Below, in pieces: positions 28,800-37,112 of a DNA stretch of 64,000 nucleotides (its first letter is position 1; the number at the start of each line of letters is the position of its first letter). Under the pieces are notes generated by a model. That model saw only the letters and a list, made by a program, of their open reading frames with translations, ran no database searches and was not told the origin of the DNA. Both the position numbers and the translations under genes were made by a program. The DNA comes from Eubacteriales bacterium (GTDB lineage Bacteria > Bacillota > Clostridia > Oscillospirales > CAG-382), in contig JAZRVE010000112.1 in NCBI GenBank assembly GCA_045598975.1, positions 2,118 through 66,117 of the forward strand. Direction: 5' to 3'.

Positions 28800-29921
28800 T
28801 CAAGCGTCTTTTTCGGAACGGAAAATCAGCTTGTAGTTGATGAAAAACTCGCTTCCGAGGATGAAGAAGAGGATAATGCCCTTGATGATCTCGGCGACGT
28901 AGTCGTTGATGCCGATGGCGGAATACTCGGTAACGATCTGCCGTGCGCCCTGATCGAGGAAAATGATGAGGGCGGAGAAGAGAAGCATGGTGAGGGTATT
29001 GAACCTGGAGAGCCAGGCGATGATGATGGCGGTGAAGCCGCGTCCGCCGGCTGTGTTGGTGGAGATGGTATGGTCAACGCCGGCGACGCCAATGAATCCG
29101 GCGATGCCGCAGATGGCGCCCGACAGAAGCATGGTGCGCAGGATGACTTTTTTTACGTTGATGCCGGCATAGCGCGCCGTGTTTTCCGATTCACCGACGA
29201 CGGCAATCTCGTAGCCGTGCTTGCTGAATTTCAGATACAGAAAGACGATGACGGCGAGCACCAGAACGATGATGACGTTTAGAGAAAACTGTTGTCCGAA
29301 GATTTTCGGGAACCAGCCTGCCTGTGTTTTCGGATTGATGATACCGACCTTGTTGGAGCCGAAGGGATTTTCCCAAAGGGCGACGCAGTAGGAGGTGAGT
29401 TGGATGGCGACGTAGTTCATCATGAGCGTGAAGAGCGTTTCGTTGGTGTTCCAGTTAGCCTTGAAAATGGCGGGGATGAGTCCCCAGATCGCACCGGCGA
29501 CGATGCTTGCCAGAACCATGATGGCAAAGAGAAGCGGCGTCGGCAGCTTGTCGCCGAAGTAGATCATGCAGGCGGCGGTGGCGATGGCACCGATAAGCAC
29601 CTGCCCTTCGGCACCGATGTTCCAGAAGCGCATCTTGAAGGCGGGCGCCAGCGCAACGGAAATGCAAAGCAGCGTCATGACCTCACGGATGGTGCTCCAA
29701 AGGCGGCGGGTAGTGCCGAAAACGCCGTTGAACATGGAACGGTATACAAGGAGCGGATTCAATTTGGTAATGGCAAAAATCAACAGCGCGTTGAGGATCA
29801 GAGCGAGCAATATGGCGACAACACGGATCATCAGCGCCTTGGCACGGGGGATGTCCGTACGTTTTGCCAGACGGACAAGGGGAGCGTGAGACGCCGTATG
29901 CCTGATGCGGTCATTTTTCAT
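28800..29921 (-). CDS. ABC transporter permease (BMP/nucleoside-type, NupP/RnsC-like)
   Basis: Polytopic 373-aa protein with a 4-nt overlap with the ATPase gene. Confidence 0.85.
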   Translation of the reverse strand: MKNDRIRHTASHAPLVRLAKRTDIPRAKALMIRVVAILLALILNALLIFAITKLNPLLVYRSMFNGVFGTTRRLWSTIREVMTLLCISVALAPAFKMRFWNIGAEGQVLIGAIATAACMIYFGDKLPTPLLFAIMVLASIVAGAIWGLIPAIFKANWNTNETLFTLMMNYVAIQLTSYCVALWENPFGSNKVGIINPKTQAGWFPKIFGQQFSLNVIIVLVLAVIVFLYLKFSKHGYEIAVVGESENTARYAGINVKKVILRTMLLSGAICGIAGFIGVAGVDHTISTNTAGGRGFTAIIIAWLSRFNTLTMLLFSALIIFLDQGARQIVTEYSAIGINDYVAEIIKGIILFFILGSEFFINYKLIFRSEKDA

Positions 29922-31459
29922 GAGCGGGAAGCCTCCTTTTTGAGATTCGTCATAAGCAGACCGATCTGCTCCTTTGACGTGGTGCGGGCATCGACGATGC
30001 CGTTGTTTTTGCCGCCGCAGAGGATGAGGATGCGGTCGCAGAGGTCGAGCAGAACGTCGAGGTCCTCTCCGACGTAGATGACGGCGACGCCCAATCGTTT
30101 TTGCTCTTCCAGAAGGCGGTAGATGGTGTGGGAGGTGTTGATGTCAAGTCCGCGCACGGCGTAGGCGGTCATGAGGAGGCTGGGGGCGGAGGCGATCTCG
30201 CGTCCGACGAGCACTTTCTGGACGTTGCCGCCGGAGAGCCTGCTCACGGGCGTCGAGACACCGGGCGTCACGACTTCAAGCTCGTTCATAATGTGCTCGG
30301 CGAGCTCGCGCGGTTTCTTTTTGTTGGTAAAAACGGGGAATCCGTTGTTGTAGGTTTTGAGCATCATGTTTTCCGTCATGCCCATACTGCCGACGAGCCC
30401 CATGCCGAGTCTGTCTTCCGGCACGAAGGAGAGCAGTACGCCGAGGTTGCGGATGACTTTGACGCTTTTGCCGATGAGAGAGACAGGCGTATGGGTCTCG
30501 GGATCGTAATAAGTGATCTCGCTGTCTTCGCTGACCGGTTGGAGCCCGGCGATGGCTTCGAGCAGTTCCTTCTGCCCGCTTCCGGCGATGCCGGCGATAC
30601 CGAGGATTTCACCGCTGTGGACGTCAAAGGATACGTCGTCAAGCACCTTGACGCCCTCTCTGCTGATGCAGGAGACGTGGTTCACGATTAAGCGTGTCTG
30701 CGGATTTTCAGGAAGGGAACGGTCGATGTCGAGCGTGATGCGCTTGCCGACCATCATTTCCGTGAGGGAGAGCTCGGTGGCGTCTGCCGTGTTGACGGTG
30801 CCTATGTATTCGCCCTTTCTCAGAACGGCGACGCGGTCGGAAATCTCCATGACCTCGTGCAGTTTGTGGGTGATGATGATGATGGACTTGCCGTCCGCTT
30901 TCATGTTGCGAATGACGGTAAAGAGCTTGTCGGTCTCCTGCGGCGTCAGAACGGCGGTCGGCTCGTCGAGAATGAGAATGTCGGAGCCGCGGTAGAGCAC
31001 CTTGATGATTTCGAGCGTCTGCTTTTCCGAAACGGACATATCGTAGACCTTTTTGAAGGGATCCATAACGAAGCCGTATCTGTCGCAGATTTCTTTCACC
31101 CTGTCAGCCGTGGTGCGCAGGCTGAACCTGTTGTTTTCCTTTAAGCCGAGGACGACGTTTTCGGCGGCGGAGAGCACGTCAATGAGCTTGAAATGCTGGT
31201 GGATCATGCCGATGCCGTGATCAAGGGCATCCTTGGGGGAGACAATGGAAATCTCTTCTCCGTTCATGAGAATCTGACCGTGATCGGGAAAATAGATACC
31301 GGACAGCATATTCATGAGCGTAGTCTTTCCGCTTCCGTTTTCGCCGAGCAGAGCGAGAATCTCGCCCTTTCTGACGTCAAGGCATACGTTCTTGTTGGCG
31401 ACGGTCTTGCCGAATGTTTTGGTAACGTTGCGCATTTGCAGAGCAAATTCGTTTGACAT
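29918..31459 (-). CDS. ABC transporter ATP-binding protein with duplicated ATPase domains
   Basis: Walker A GENGSGKTT, signature-like LSVSEKQ and LSGGNVQK, and Walker B ILILDEPT. The 513-aa tandem ABC architecture is typical of sugar/nucleoside importers. Confidence 0.9.
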   Translation of the reverse strand: MSNEFALQMRNVTKTFGKTVANKNVCLDVRKGEILALLGENGSGKTTLMNMLSGIYFPDHGQILMNGEEISIVSPKDALDHGIGMIHQHFKLIDVLSAAENVVLGLKENNRFSLRTTADRVKEICDRYGFVMDPFKKVYDMSVSEKQTLEIIKVLYRGSDILILDEPTAVLTPQETDKLFTVIRNMKADGKSIIIITHKLHEVMEISDRVAVLRKGEYIGTVNTADATELSLTEMMVGKRITLDIDRSLPENPQTRLIVNHVSCISREGVKVLDDVSFDVHSGEILGIAGIAGSGQKELLEAIAGLQPVSEDSEITYYDPETHTPVSLIGKSVKVIRNLGVLLSFVPEDRLGMGLVGSMGMTENMMLKTYNNGFPVFTNKKKPRELAEHIMNELEVVTPGVSTPVSRLSGGNVQKVLVGREIASAPSLLMTAYAVRGLDINTSHTIYRLLEEQKRLGVAVIYVGEDLDVLLDLCDRILILCGGKNNGIVDARTTSKEQIGLLMTNLKKEASRS

Positions 31460-31544
31460 GAGCCTACCATCCTTTTTTCAGAAATAGGAAACCGAAAAAG
31501 AAACGCACATACGGATGCGTGTGTATTTCTTCACCGGCTTACCG

Positions 31545-31588
31545 GAGTAAAAATAAGAAAGCGGAAAGGGAAATCGCTTTCCCTTTCC
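31545..31588 (-). terminator. intra-operon hairpin (partial terminator or RNA stabiliser) after the binding-protein gene
   Basis: On the minus strand: GGAAAGGGAAA-gcga-TTTCCCTTTCC (11-bp perfect stem) followed by GCTTTCTTATTTTT. It lies between the SBP and ATPase genes. Confidence 0.6.
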
Positions 31589-31605
31589 GTTGAGAGAGAT
31601 TCTTG

Positions 31606-32868
31606 TTATGAGAGTTCGACGATGCCGTCGATGCGGATGTCGAAAGCAGGCGCACTGCGGTATTCGGACTCGTGGAAGTAACCGTCGGAGATGAGCTCTA
31701 CGCCCTCGAAGCCGTAGCTCGTATCGTAGGAAACCAGATGCTCGCCGCCGACCGTGAAGGTGTCGGTGTCAAAGACGTGGAATTCGCCGCTCTTGATGGA
31801 AGCGATGACCTCTTCGACCTTTTCGGCGGTGCCGGGAGCGCAGGAGGAGCCGAGCTCGGTGATGGCGACAGCGTCGACGGTATAGCCTTCTGCCCAGTTG
31901 GTGGCAATGGGTTCGCCTTTGAGAGCCTGACCGAGCGCGTAGGTGTAGAAGACGGACCAGTCGTTGGTAGCGGAGGTGAGAGCCGCGGTAGGAGCGACGC
32001 TCAGCATATCGACGTTGTAGCCGACCGAGTAGGCGACGGTGCCCTTTCCGAGAGCCGCTTCGATAGCGGACGGAGCGCCGGTGGAATCGGCGTGCTGGCT
32101 GATGATGACGCAGCCGTCAGCCATAAGAGCTTCGGCGGCAGAGGCTTCCTGCACGATGTCAAACCAGCTGTTGGTGTAGGAGACTTCCATGACGACGTTC
32201 GGAACAACGGAGCGGACGCCGAGGAAGAAGGCGGTGTAGCCGGAAACCACTTCGGCGTACGGATAAGCGCCGACGTAGCCGATCTTGACGTTTTCGCCGT
32301 CGTAGTTGGCGTCGGTCAGTCCGCCGTTTTCAATGAGTTCGGCAAGCTTCATGCCGGCAACGACGCCGGAAACGTAGCGGGATTCGAAAATCTTGGTGAA
32401 AGCGTTGCTGAAATTGGAAAGACCGCTGCTCAACGCCGTATCACCGGTCATGCTCACGAAATTCACTTCCGGCACTTCGGCTGCGGCCTGCTGAATAAAG
32501 GACTGATGTCCGTAGGAGTTGGCGAAAATATAGGAGCATCCCTGATCGGCGAGATCCAGAGCGGTTTCATAGCAGGTAGCGTCTTCGGGAACGGTGTACT
32601 TCCAGACAATCTGTTCGTCGGCGATGCCGAGAGCCTTGGCTGCGTCCTGAACGCCCTTGATGTGCGCATAGGTGTAACCTTCGTTTTCGTCACCGATGAG
32701 GATGACACCGATTTTCAAGTCGGCGTTGGCGACGGGCGTTCCGTCGGTGCCTTTTGCATTGTCAGTATTTACCGACGTGTCGGGGTTTCCGGATTCGACG
32801 TTTGGTGAGCATGCTGCAAAGCAGAGAACGAGGCAAGCGGCAAGGAGAACTGCAAAAATCTTCTTCAT
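31606..32868 (-). CDS. BMP-family (PnrA/Med/TmpC-like) ABC substrate-binding lipoprotein
   Basis: ATG 32868 follows GGAGG. Lipoprotein signal MKKIFAVLLAACLVLCFAAC-S. The body is BMP-like (IGVILIGDENEGYTYAHIKG...). Confidence 0.85.
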   Translation of the reverse strand: MKKIFAVLLAACLVLCFAACSPNVESGNPDTSVNTDNAKGTDGTPVANADLKIGVILIGDENEGYTYAHIKGVQDAAKALGIADEQIVWKYTVPEDATCYETALDLADQGCSYIFANSYGHQSFIQQAAAEVPEVNFVSMTGDTALSSGLSNFSNAFTKIFESRYVSGVVAGMKLAELIENGGLTDANYDGENVKIGYVGAYPYAEVVSGYTAFFLGVRSVVPNVVMEVSYTNSWFDIVQEASAAEALMADGCVIISQHADSTGAPSAIEAALGKGTVAYSVGYNVDMLSVAPTAALTSATNDWSVFYTYALGQALKGEPIATNWAEGYTVDAVAITELGSSCAPGTAEKVEEVIASIKSGEFHVFDTDTFTVGGEHLVSYDTSYGFEGVELISDGYFHESEYRSAPAFDIRIDGIVELS

Positions 32869-32942
32869 GGGATGTTTCCTCCAATAAAATAAAATAGGCA
32901 CTCAAAACACAGTTATGAAACAGCATGTCAAGTACCTGTTTC

Positions 32943-32971
32943 ATTATACCAAATCTGTCAAAAAAAAGCAA
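32943..32971 (-). promoter_or_regulatory. candidate promoter of the ABC importer operon
   Basis: On the minus strand: TTGCTT-17 nt-TATAAT with an extended -10 (ttggTATAAT). The -35 is weak. Confidence 0.5.
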
Positions 32972-33049
32972 GTAACGAATCATACAATTTTCGACAAAAA
33001 AACCATCAACATTTTGACGTTTTTCACAAAAAGTCGACAAAATACTACA

Positions 33050-34819
33050 TTATATTGTGTGTTGTAACGGATCGTCGGACTCGACGATGGCGTGATCGCG
33101 CATGACAAAGTGGCGGTTGCAGATGTCGAGTGCGGCGCGCTTGTGCGTCACGATGAGGCAGGTGCGGTTTTGGAGCGCCTTGATGTTGGAGAGCATGGCG
33201 GCTTCGGTCTCTTCGTCGAGGGCGCTCGTCGCCTCGTCGAGCATGAGGATGGGCGCACCCGAGAGAATGGCGCGAGCGACCGACAGACGCTGGATCTGTC
33301 CCTCGGAAAGTCCGACGCCGTTTTCGCCGACCTTGCTGTCAAGCCCGTCGGGCAGTTCGCGGATAAAGGATTCGGCGCAGGCGCAGGTGAGGGCGTCGTG
33401 GATTTCACGCTCGGTCGGCTCGTCCTTGTGCGTCAGGAACAGCAGGTTTTCACGGATGGTGCCGGAGAAGAGCATATTGCCCTGCGGCACGTAGGCGAAC
33501 AGCGTGCGGGTGAGCCCGTTGAGGTCGGTTTCTTCACCGGATGAGGCAATCATGCGGGCGATGCCTGCACGGCGCGGATAAATATCGAGAAGCACCTTGA
33601 ACAGCGTGCTTTTTCCGATGCCGGACATGCCGGTGATGGAGATGAAATCGCCTTTATGTATGGTGGCGTCGCAGTCGATGAGGACGGGATTTTCTTCGTC
33701 ATAGGCGAAATCGACGTCGCGCACCTCGATGCGGTCGAAGGTCTTGTATGCGGCGGCGGCATCCAGCCGGTCACCGTCCGTCGAGTCGTCGGAAAGCTTT
33801 TCGATTTCCATCAGACGGTTTGCCGAAGCGAGTGCCGCATAATACTGCGGCATGATGCCGGACATACTGGCAAACGGCTGCTGGACCTGCGAAACGAGCT
33901 GAGTAAGAGCGGTAAGGGTACCGTAGTCCATGGTGCCGTTGAACATACAGAAGGCGCCGTAGCCGATGGCAAACAGATGTCCGAGCCGGATGACGAGGCG
34001 CGTGCTGAGCATGGAAAAGGTGCCGAGCAGGGAACGCTTCATGCGTAAAACGAAGTGATCGTTCATGAGAACGTCGCTGCGCTCGGTTGCCTTGTCCTCT
34101 CCGGCGAACGCTTTGATGACCGAAAGATTTTCAAAGATTTCCTGCCAGAAGGAGCGCATTTTTCCGTCCGCCTGCTGCATATCGCGGTGGTAGTTCTGGA
34201 TGTGCCCCTTGACGACGCGGGAAAGGACGAGGATGAACAGTCCGCTGAAAAAGAAGAAGATGGCGAACGTCCACTGCATGTAAATGAGGACGCCCATGGC
34301 GAAGATCAGCCGAACCGCCATCATGACGACGTTCGGCAGGATGGAGGTGGCGGCGTCGGAGATGACGCCGACGTCACCCGTCAGACGGTTGACAAGATCG
34401 CCGGTGTGGTAGACGGAAAGCGCGGGATAACTTTTCCCGAGCATACCGGAGAAGATCCGGTCGCGGAAATGGATTTCCAACCGTGCCCGGCATTTTTCCG
34501 TGACGTAGCGCATGAGCGCGTTGACGCCGAGAAGGGACAGCGCCGTGACAAGATAAATGATAAGGAAGCGTACCATGTGATCGTAATCCTTGTCGGCGGC
34601 GGCGTTGACAATCTCTTTGGAAAAGAGAGCGGTCACGGTGCCGAACATCGCCCACAGCGCTTCCCCGATGATGATGAAGAGGATGCGCGGAAATTCCGGG
34701 CGGGCAAGCGACATGATCCACCTAAGCGCCGCACGGTTTTCTTCCTTTGTCATTTTTTTGGCGGGCTTTTCCGTGCGGGCCGCGTCGCCGGAATGCTTAT
34801 GTCTGTTTTCGGAGGGCAT
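33050..34819 (-). CDS. ABC exporter, fused permease/ATPase (MsbA-like type I exporter)
   Basis: Six-TM N-terminal half, Walker A GMSGIGKST, signature LSEGQIQR and Walker B ILMLDEATSALD. Confidence 0.85.
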   Translation of the reverse strand: MPSENRHKHSGDAARTEKPAKKMTKEENRAALRWIMSLARPEFPRILFIIIGEALWAMFGTVTALFSKEIVNAAADKDYDHMVRFLIIYLVTALSLLGVNALMRYVTEKCRARLEIHFRDRIFSGMLGKSYPALSVYHTGDLVNRLTGDVGVISDAATSILPNVVMMAVRLIFAMGVLIYMQWTFAIFFFFSGLFILVLSRVVKGHIQNYHRDMQQADGKMRSFWQEIFENLSVIKAFAGEDKATERSDVLMNDHFVLRMKRSLLGTFSMLSTRLVIRLGHLFAIGYGAFCMFNGTMDYGTLTALTQLVSQVQQPFASMSGIMPQYYAALASANRLMEIEKLSDDSTDGDRLDAAAAYKTFDRIEVRDVDFAYDEENPVLIDCDATIHKGDFISITGMSGIGKSTLFKVLLDIYPRRAGIARMIASSGEETDLNGLTRTLFAYVPQGNMLFSGTIRENLLFLTHKDEPTEREIHDALTCACAESFIRELPDGLDSKVGENGVGLSEGQIQRLSVARAILSGAPILMLDEATSALDEETEAAMLSNIKALQNRTCLIVTHKRAALDICNRHFVMRDHAIVESDDPLQHTI

Positions 34820-34869
34820 ATGAGTATGACCAATCCTTTCTGCGGGGTAAACGGGAATACGGGAACGGA

Positions 34870-35334
34870 TCAGTTGCCGTTGTTCTCCGTTTTGTCCTTC
34901 TTTTTGTCAGCGAAAAGTCCTTTGACCTTGTCTACGATGCCGGGCGCCTTGTCGAGCGCGGCGTCGATGCCGGTGACGGCGCCGAGGATGGCGGCTTCGA
35001 TGTAGCCGGAGTTTTCCCCGACGTTGAGGAGCTTTGCCTGTCCGTCAGCCGTCACGACAAGAAAAGCGACCGGCATGACGGAAACGCCGACACCGCCGCC
35101 GCCGCAGAAATTGTCGGTAACGGCTTTTTCGGTCTTGTCCTTGGCAAGGGATTTTTTGGCGCCGTACTCGCCGCCGCCGACGGCGGTGCCGACGGTGACA
35201 CGGCTGACCGGCAGAATGGTGACGCCGTCGATGAGATTGATGGGCTCTCCGATGACGGTCTTGGTGTCGGCAATGTCTTTGACCTGTTTTAAGGCTTCGC
35301 GGATCGTCTCACTGGTTTTGGGAGTCTGTTCCAT
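34870..35334 (-). CDS. ytfJ: sporulation protein YtfJ (GerW family)
   Basis: VIGEPINLIDGVTILPVSRVTVGTAVGGGEYG ... GGGGVGVSVMPVAFLVV parallels B. subtilis YtfJ. Confidence 0.85.
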   Translation of the reverse strand: MEQTPKTSETIREALKQVKDIADTKTVIGEPINLIDGVTILPVSRVTVGTAVGGGEYGAKKSLAKDKTEKAVTDNFCGGGGVGVSVMPVAFLVVTADGQAKLLNVGENSGYIEAAILGAVTGIDAALDKAPGIVDKVKGLFADKKKDKTENNGN

Positions 35335-35361
35335 GTCGGGATTCCTTTCGGTTAAGAAATG

Positions 35362-36072
35362 TCAGGATTTGTTCTTTAAGTAGGAGCGCAGAGCCTTAAC
35401 GGCTATGATAAGCAATTGAAAAACAAAAAGATCGAGGGTGACGGAAAACGAGCAGTACGGTTTGTCACGCGAAAAATCGGAGTAGACGGCGACGTTTTCC
35501 TCGTCGATGCGGCAGATCTCATATCGGCGGCAGACGTAAAGAAGCGACGCGCACGCCGTGTTCAACTCGCCGAATAAGAGCGCCGTCCGGTCGGGCGATT
35601 TGTCGGCGGCGACGACGTGCAGTTTTCTCACGCGCAGACGCGCATACCGGCGAAAGGGCGGGAACACGTCTTCCAGCATGGCGCGCACAAAGGAAAGCGC
35701 GCTTTTGGGTTCTTTCGTCTTTTCCGGCGGGAGGGAAGCACGCGGGTGCGTGCCTTTTCCGGTGTTTTCCGACGATGCGGCGGACGATGCGGGGGAGACG
35801 GTTTTCCCTGCCTTGTGTCCGGCTTTTCGCTCTTTTTTTCGTTCTGTGCCGTTCCCGTCGTAAAAAGAGCCGAACGAGCCGCCGTCGTAGTGACGGAGCT
35901 TGTTCTTTTTCGGCTTGTCCGCGCCGAACTTTTTGATAAGATCCAGGCGGAAAAACGCGATGACGGCATAAACGTGCAGACTGTCGGTATAGGAAAAATG
36001 AAGTCCGACGTTGAGGAAGGCGATGAGCGCGAGGACAAGCAGGATAGTGCCCACGATCCATGCAATTGTCAT
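35362..36072 (-). CDS. ytfI: DUF2953-family protein (YtfI-like)
   Basis: ATG 36072 has RBS AAGGGGG. The product has an N-terminal TM helix (IAWIVGTILLVLALIAFL). Position directly upstream of ytfJ is as in Bacillus. Confidence 0.65.
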   Translation of the reverse strand: MTIAWIVGTILLVLALIAFLNVGLHFSYTDSLHVYAVIAFFRLDLIKKFGADKPKKNKLRHYDGGSFGSFYDGNGTERKKERKAGHKAGKTVSPASSAASSENTGKGTHPRASLPPEKTKEPKSALSFVRAMLEDVFPPFRRYARLRVRKLHVVAADKSPDRTALLFGELNTACASLLYVCRRYEICRIDEENVAVYSDFSRDKPYCSFSVTLDLFVFQLLIIAVKALRSYLKNKS

Positions 36073-36094
36073 GACATACGCCCCCTTATACGAG

Positions 36095-36123
36095 AATATA
36101 CCACATATGCTTGGATTTTTCAA
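36095..36123 (-). promoter_or_regulatory. candidate promoter of ytfI-ytfJ
   Basis: On the minus strand: TTGAAA-17 nt-TATATT with an extended -10 TG (tgtggTATATT). Confidence 0.55.
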
Positions 36124-36204
36124 TATATTTTTGAAAATTTGCGCAAAAAATCACTGTTTTTATGTGAAAATATACGAAATTTTACAAAAGAATCAAAAAT
36201 ACTG

Positions 36205-36233
36205 TTGCAAAATGAAAAGAAGTGTGATATACT
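36205..36233 (+). promoter_or_regulatory. candidate promoter of the Nudix-capD string
   Basis: TTGCAA-17 nt-TATACT with an extended -10 TG (tgtgaTATACT), in the AT-rich divergent spacer. Confidence 0.6.
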
Positions 36234-36300
36234 GATTTCGGATGTAAAGGAAGATGCGGTCGGTATGTCCGTATGCCTCCTTTGTCGGGTAAGGGAAGGA

Positions 36301-37089
36301 ATGAAAGCGCCTATGTTAGGCTATAACGATTATGCCTCGCGCAATAACGCGAAGCTGATCTTAGGCTCGTCCTGTACGGTATCCGTCAAGCGTTCCTATC
36401 GCACCTTTTTAGAGGGACGCTTTGCCGGGTACCTCAACTTCGGGTATACGACGCTTGCCAAGGGCGGCGTCAAGGAGATCATACTGATCGGCGAAAACTA
36501 TCCGGTCAATAAGTTTCAGGCGCAGATCATCGCCATCGCCAAGGATAAGAGCGGCGTCAAGGACGACGTTCTCATCGCGGCACGGGAGAACAGCATTTTC
36601 TGCGAGCCGGTCATCCGAAAGCTCATCGATCGGTTTGTCCCGGAGGACAGCGCGGAGTATATCTGCTATTACGAAAAAAGCTGCGGCGCCGTTATGTTTT
36701 CGGGAAAGGGAAGCGAGAGAAAATATATTCTCATCACCAATATTTCCGGGCACGTCGGATTTCCCAAAGGGCACGTCGAGTACGGCGAAACGGAAAAGCA
36801 GACCGCCTTGCGCGAGGTGTATGAGGAGACCGGGGTACATACCGAGATTATTGACGGATTCAGAGAGTTTTATAATTACCGCATCAACAATTTCATCCAC
36901 AAAAAAGCGGTGTATTTTCTGGCGTCCTTCGATCCGGGCGACGTCACCATGAGCATCATGGAAATATCGGAGTACCATCTGCTTTCCTATGAAGAGGCAA
37001 TGGAAAAGCTGAATTTCCGTCACGATAAAAGAATACTTGAAAAAGCGGAGCAGTTCGTCCGTGAGCATTTTGACGAGATGGCAGACTGA
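36301..37089 (+). CDS. Nudix hydrolase with an uncharacterised N-terminal domain
   Basis: Nudix box GHVGFPKGHVEYGETEKQTALREVYEETGV lies in the C-terminal half. Start is taken as ATG 36301 (AAGGGAAGGA upstream; alternatives 36265 and 36313). The 5' 680 nt of track ORF 35617 are antisense to ytfI and precede the promoter. Confidence 0.75.
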   Translation: MKAPMLGYNDYASRNNAKLILGSSCTVSVKRSYRTFLEGRFAGYLNFGYTTLAKGGVKEIILIGENYPVNKFQAQIIAIAKDKSGVKDDVLIAARENSIFCEPVIRKLIDRFVPEDSAEYICYYEKSCGAVMFSGKGSERKYILITNISGHVGFPKGHVEYGETEKQTALREVYEETGVHTEIIDGFREFYNYRINNFIHKKAVYFLASFDPGDVTMSIMEISEYHLLSYEEAMEKLNFRHDKRILEKAEQFVREHFDEMAD

Positions 37090-37112
37090 CTGCGGAAAGG
37101 AAAAAATATATT

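Noticed and set aside
32869-32942. Purine or nucleoside riboswitch in the leader of the BMP-type ABC importer.
   Set aside because: The leader is only about 70 nt and lacks the conserved purine-riboswitch junction sequences. The only structure is the 7-bp palindrome overlapping the transcription start, which is reported separately.
35617-36300. 5' extension of the Nudix ORF, giving the 490-aa version that starts at 35617.
   Set aside because: This part is antisense to ytfI (DUF2953), which has its own RBS, TM helix and synteny with ytfJ. It also runs through the AT-rich divergent promoter spacer, upstream of the TTGCAA-17-TATACT promoter.
36073-36300. AT-rich divergent spacer at the minus/plus strand switch as a candidate oriC.
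   Set aside because: It is fully explained by two back-to-back sigma-A-type promoters. I found no DnaA-box-like 9-mers with fewer than three mismatches in it.
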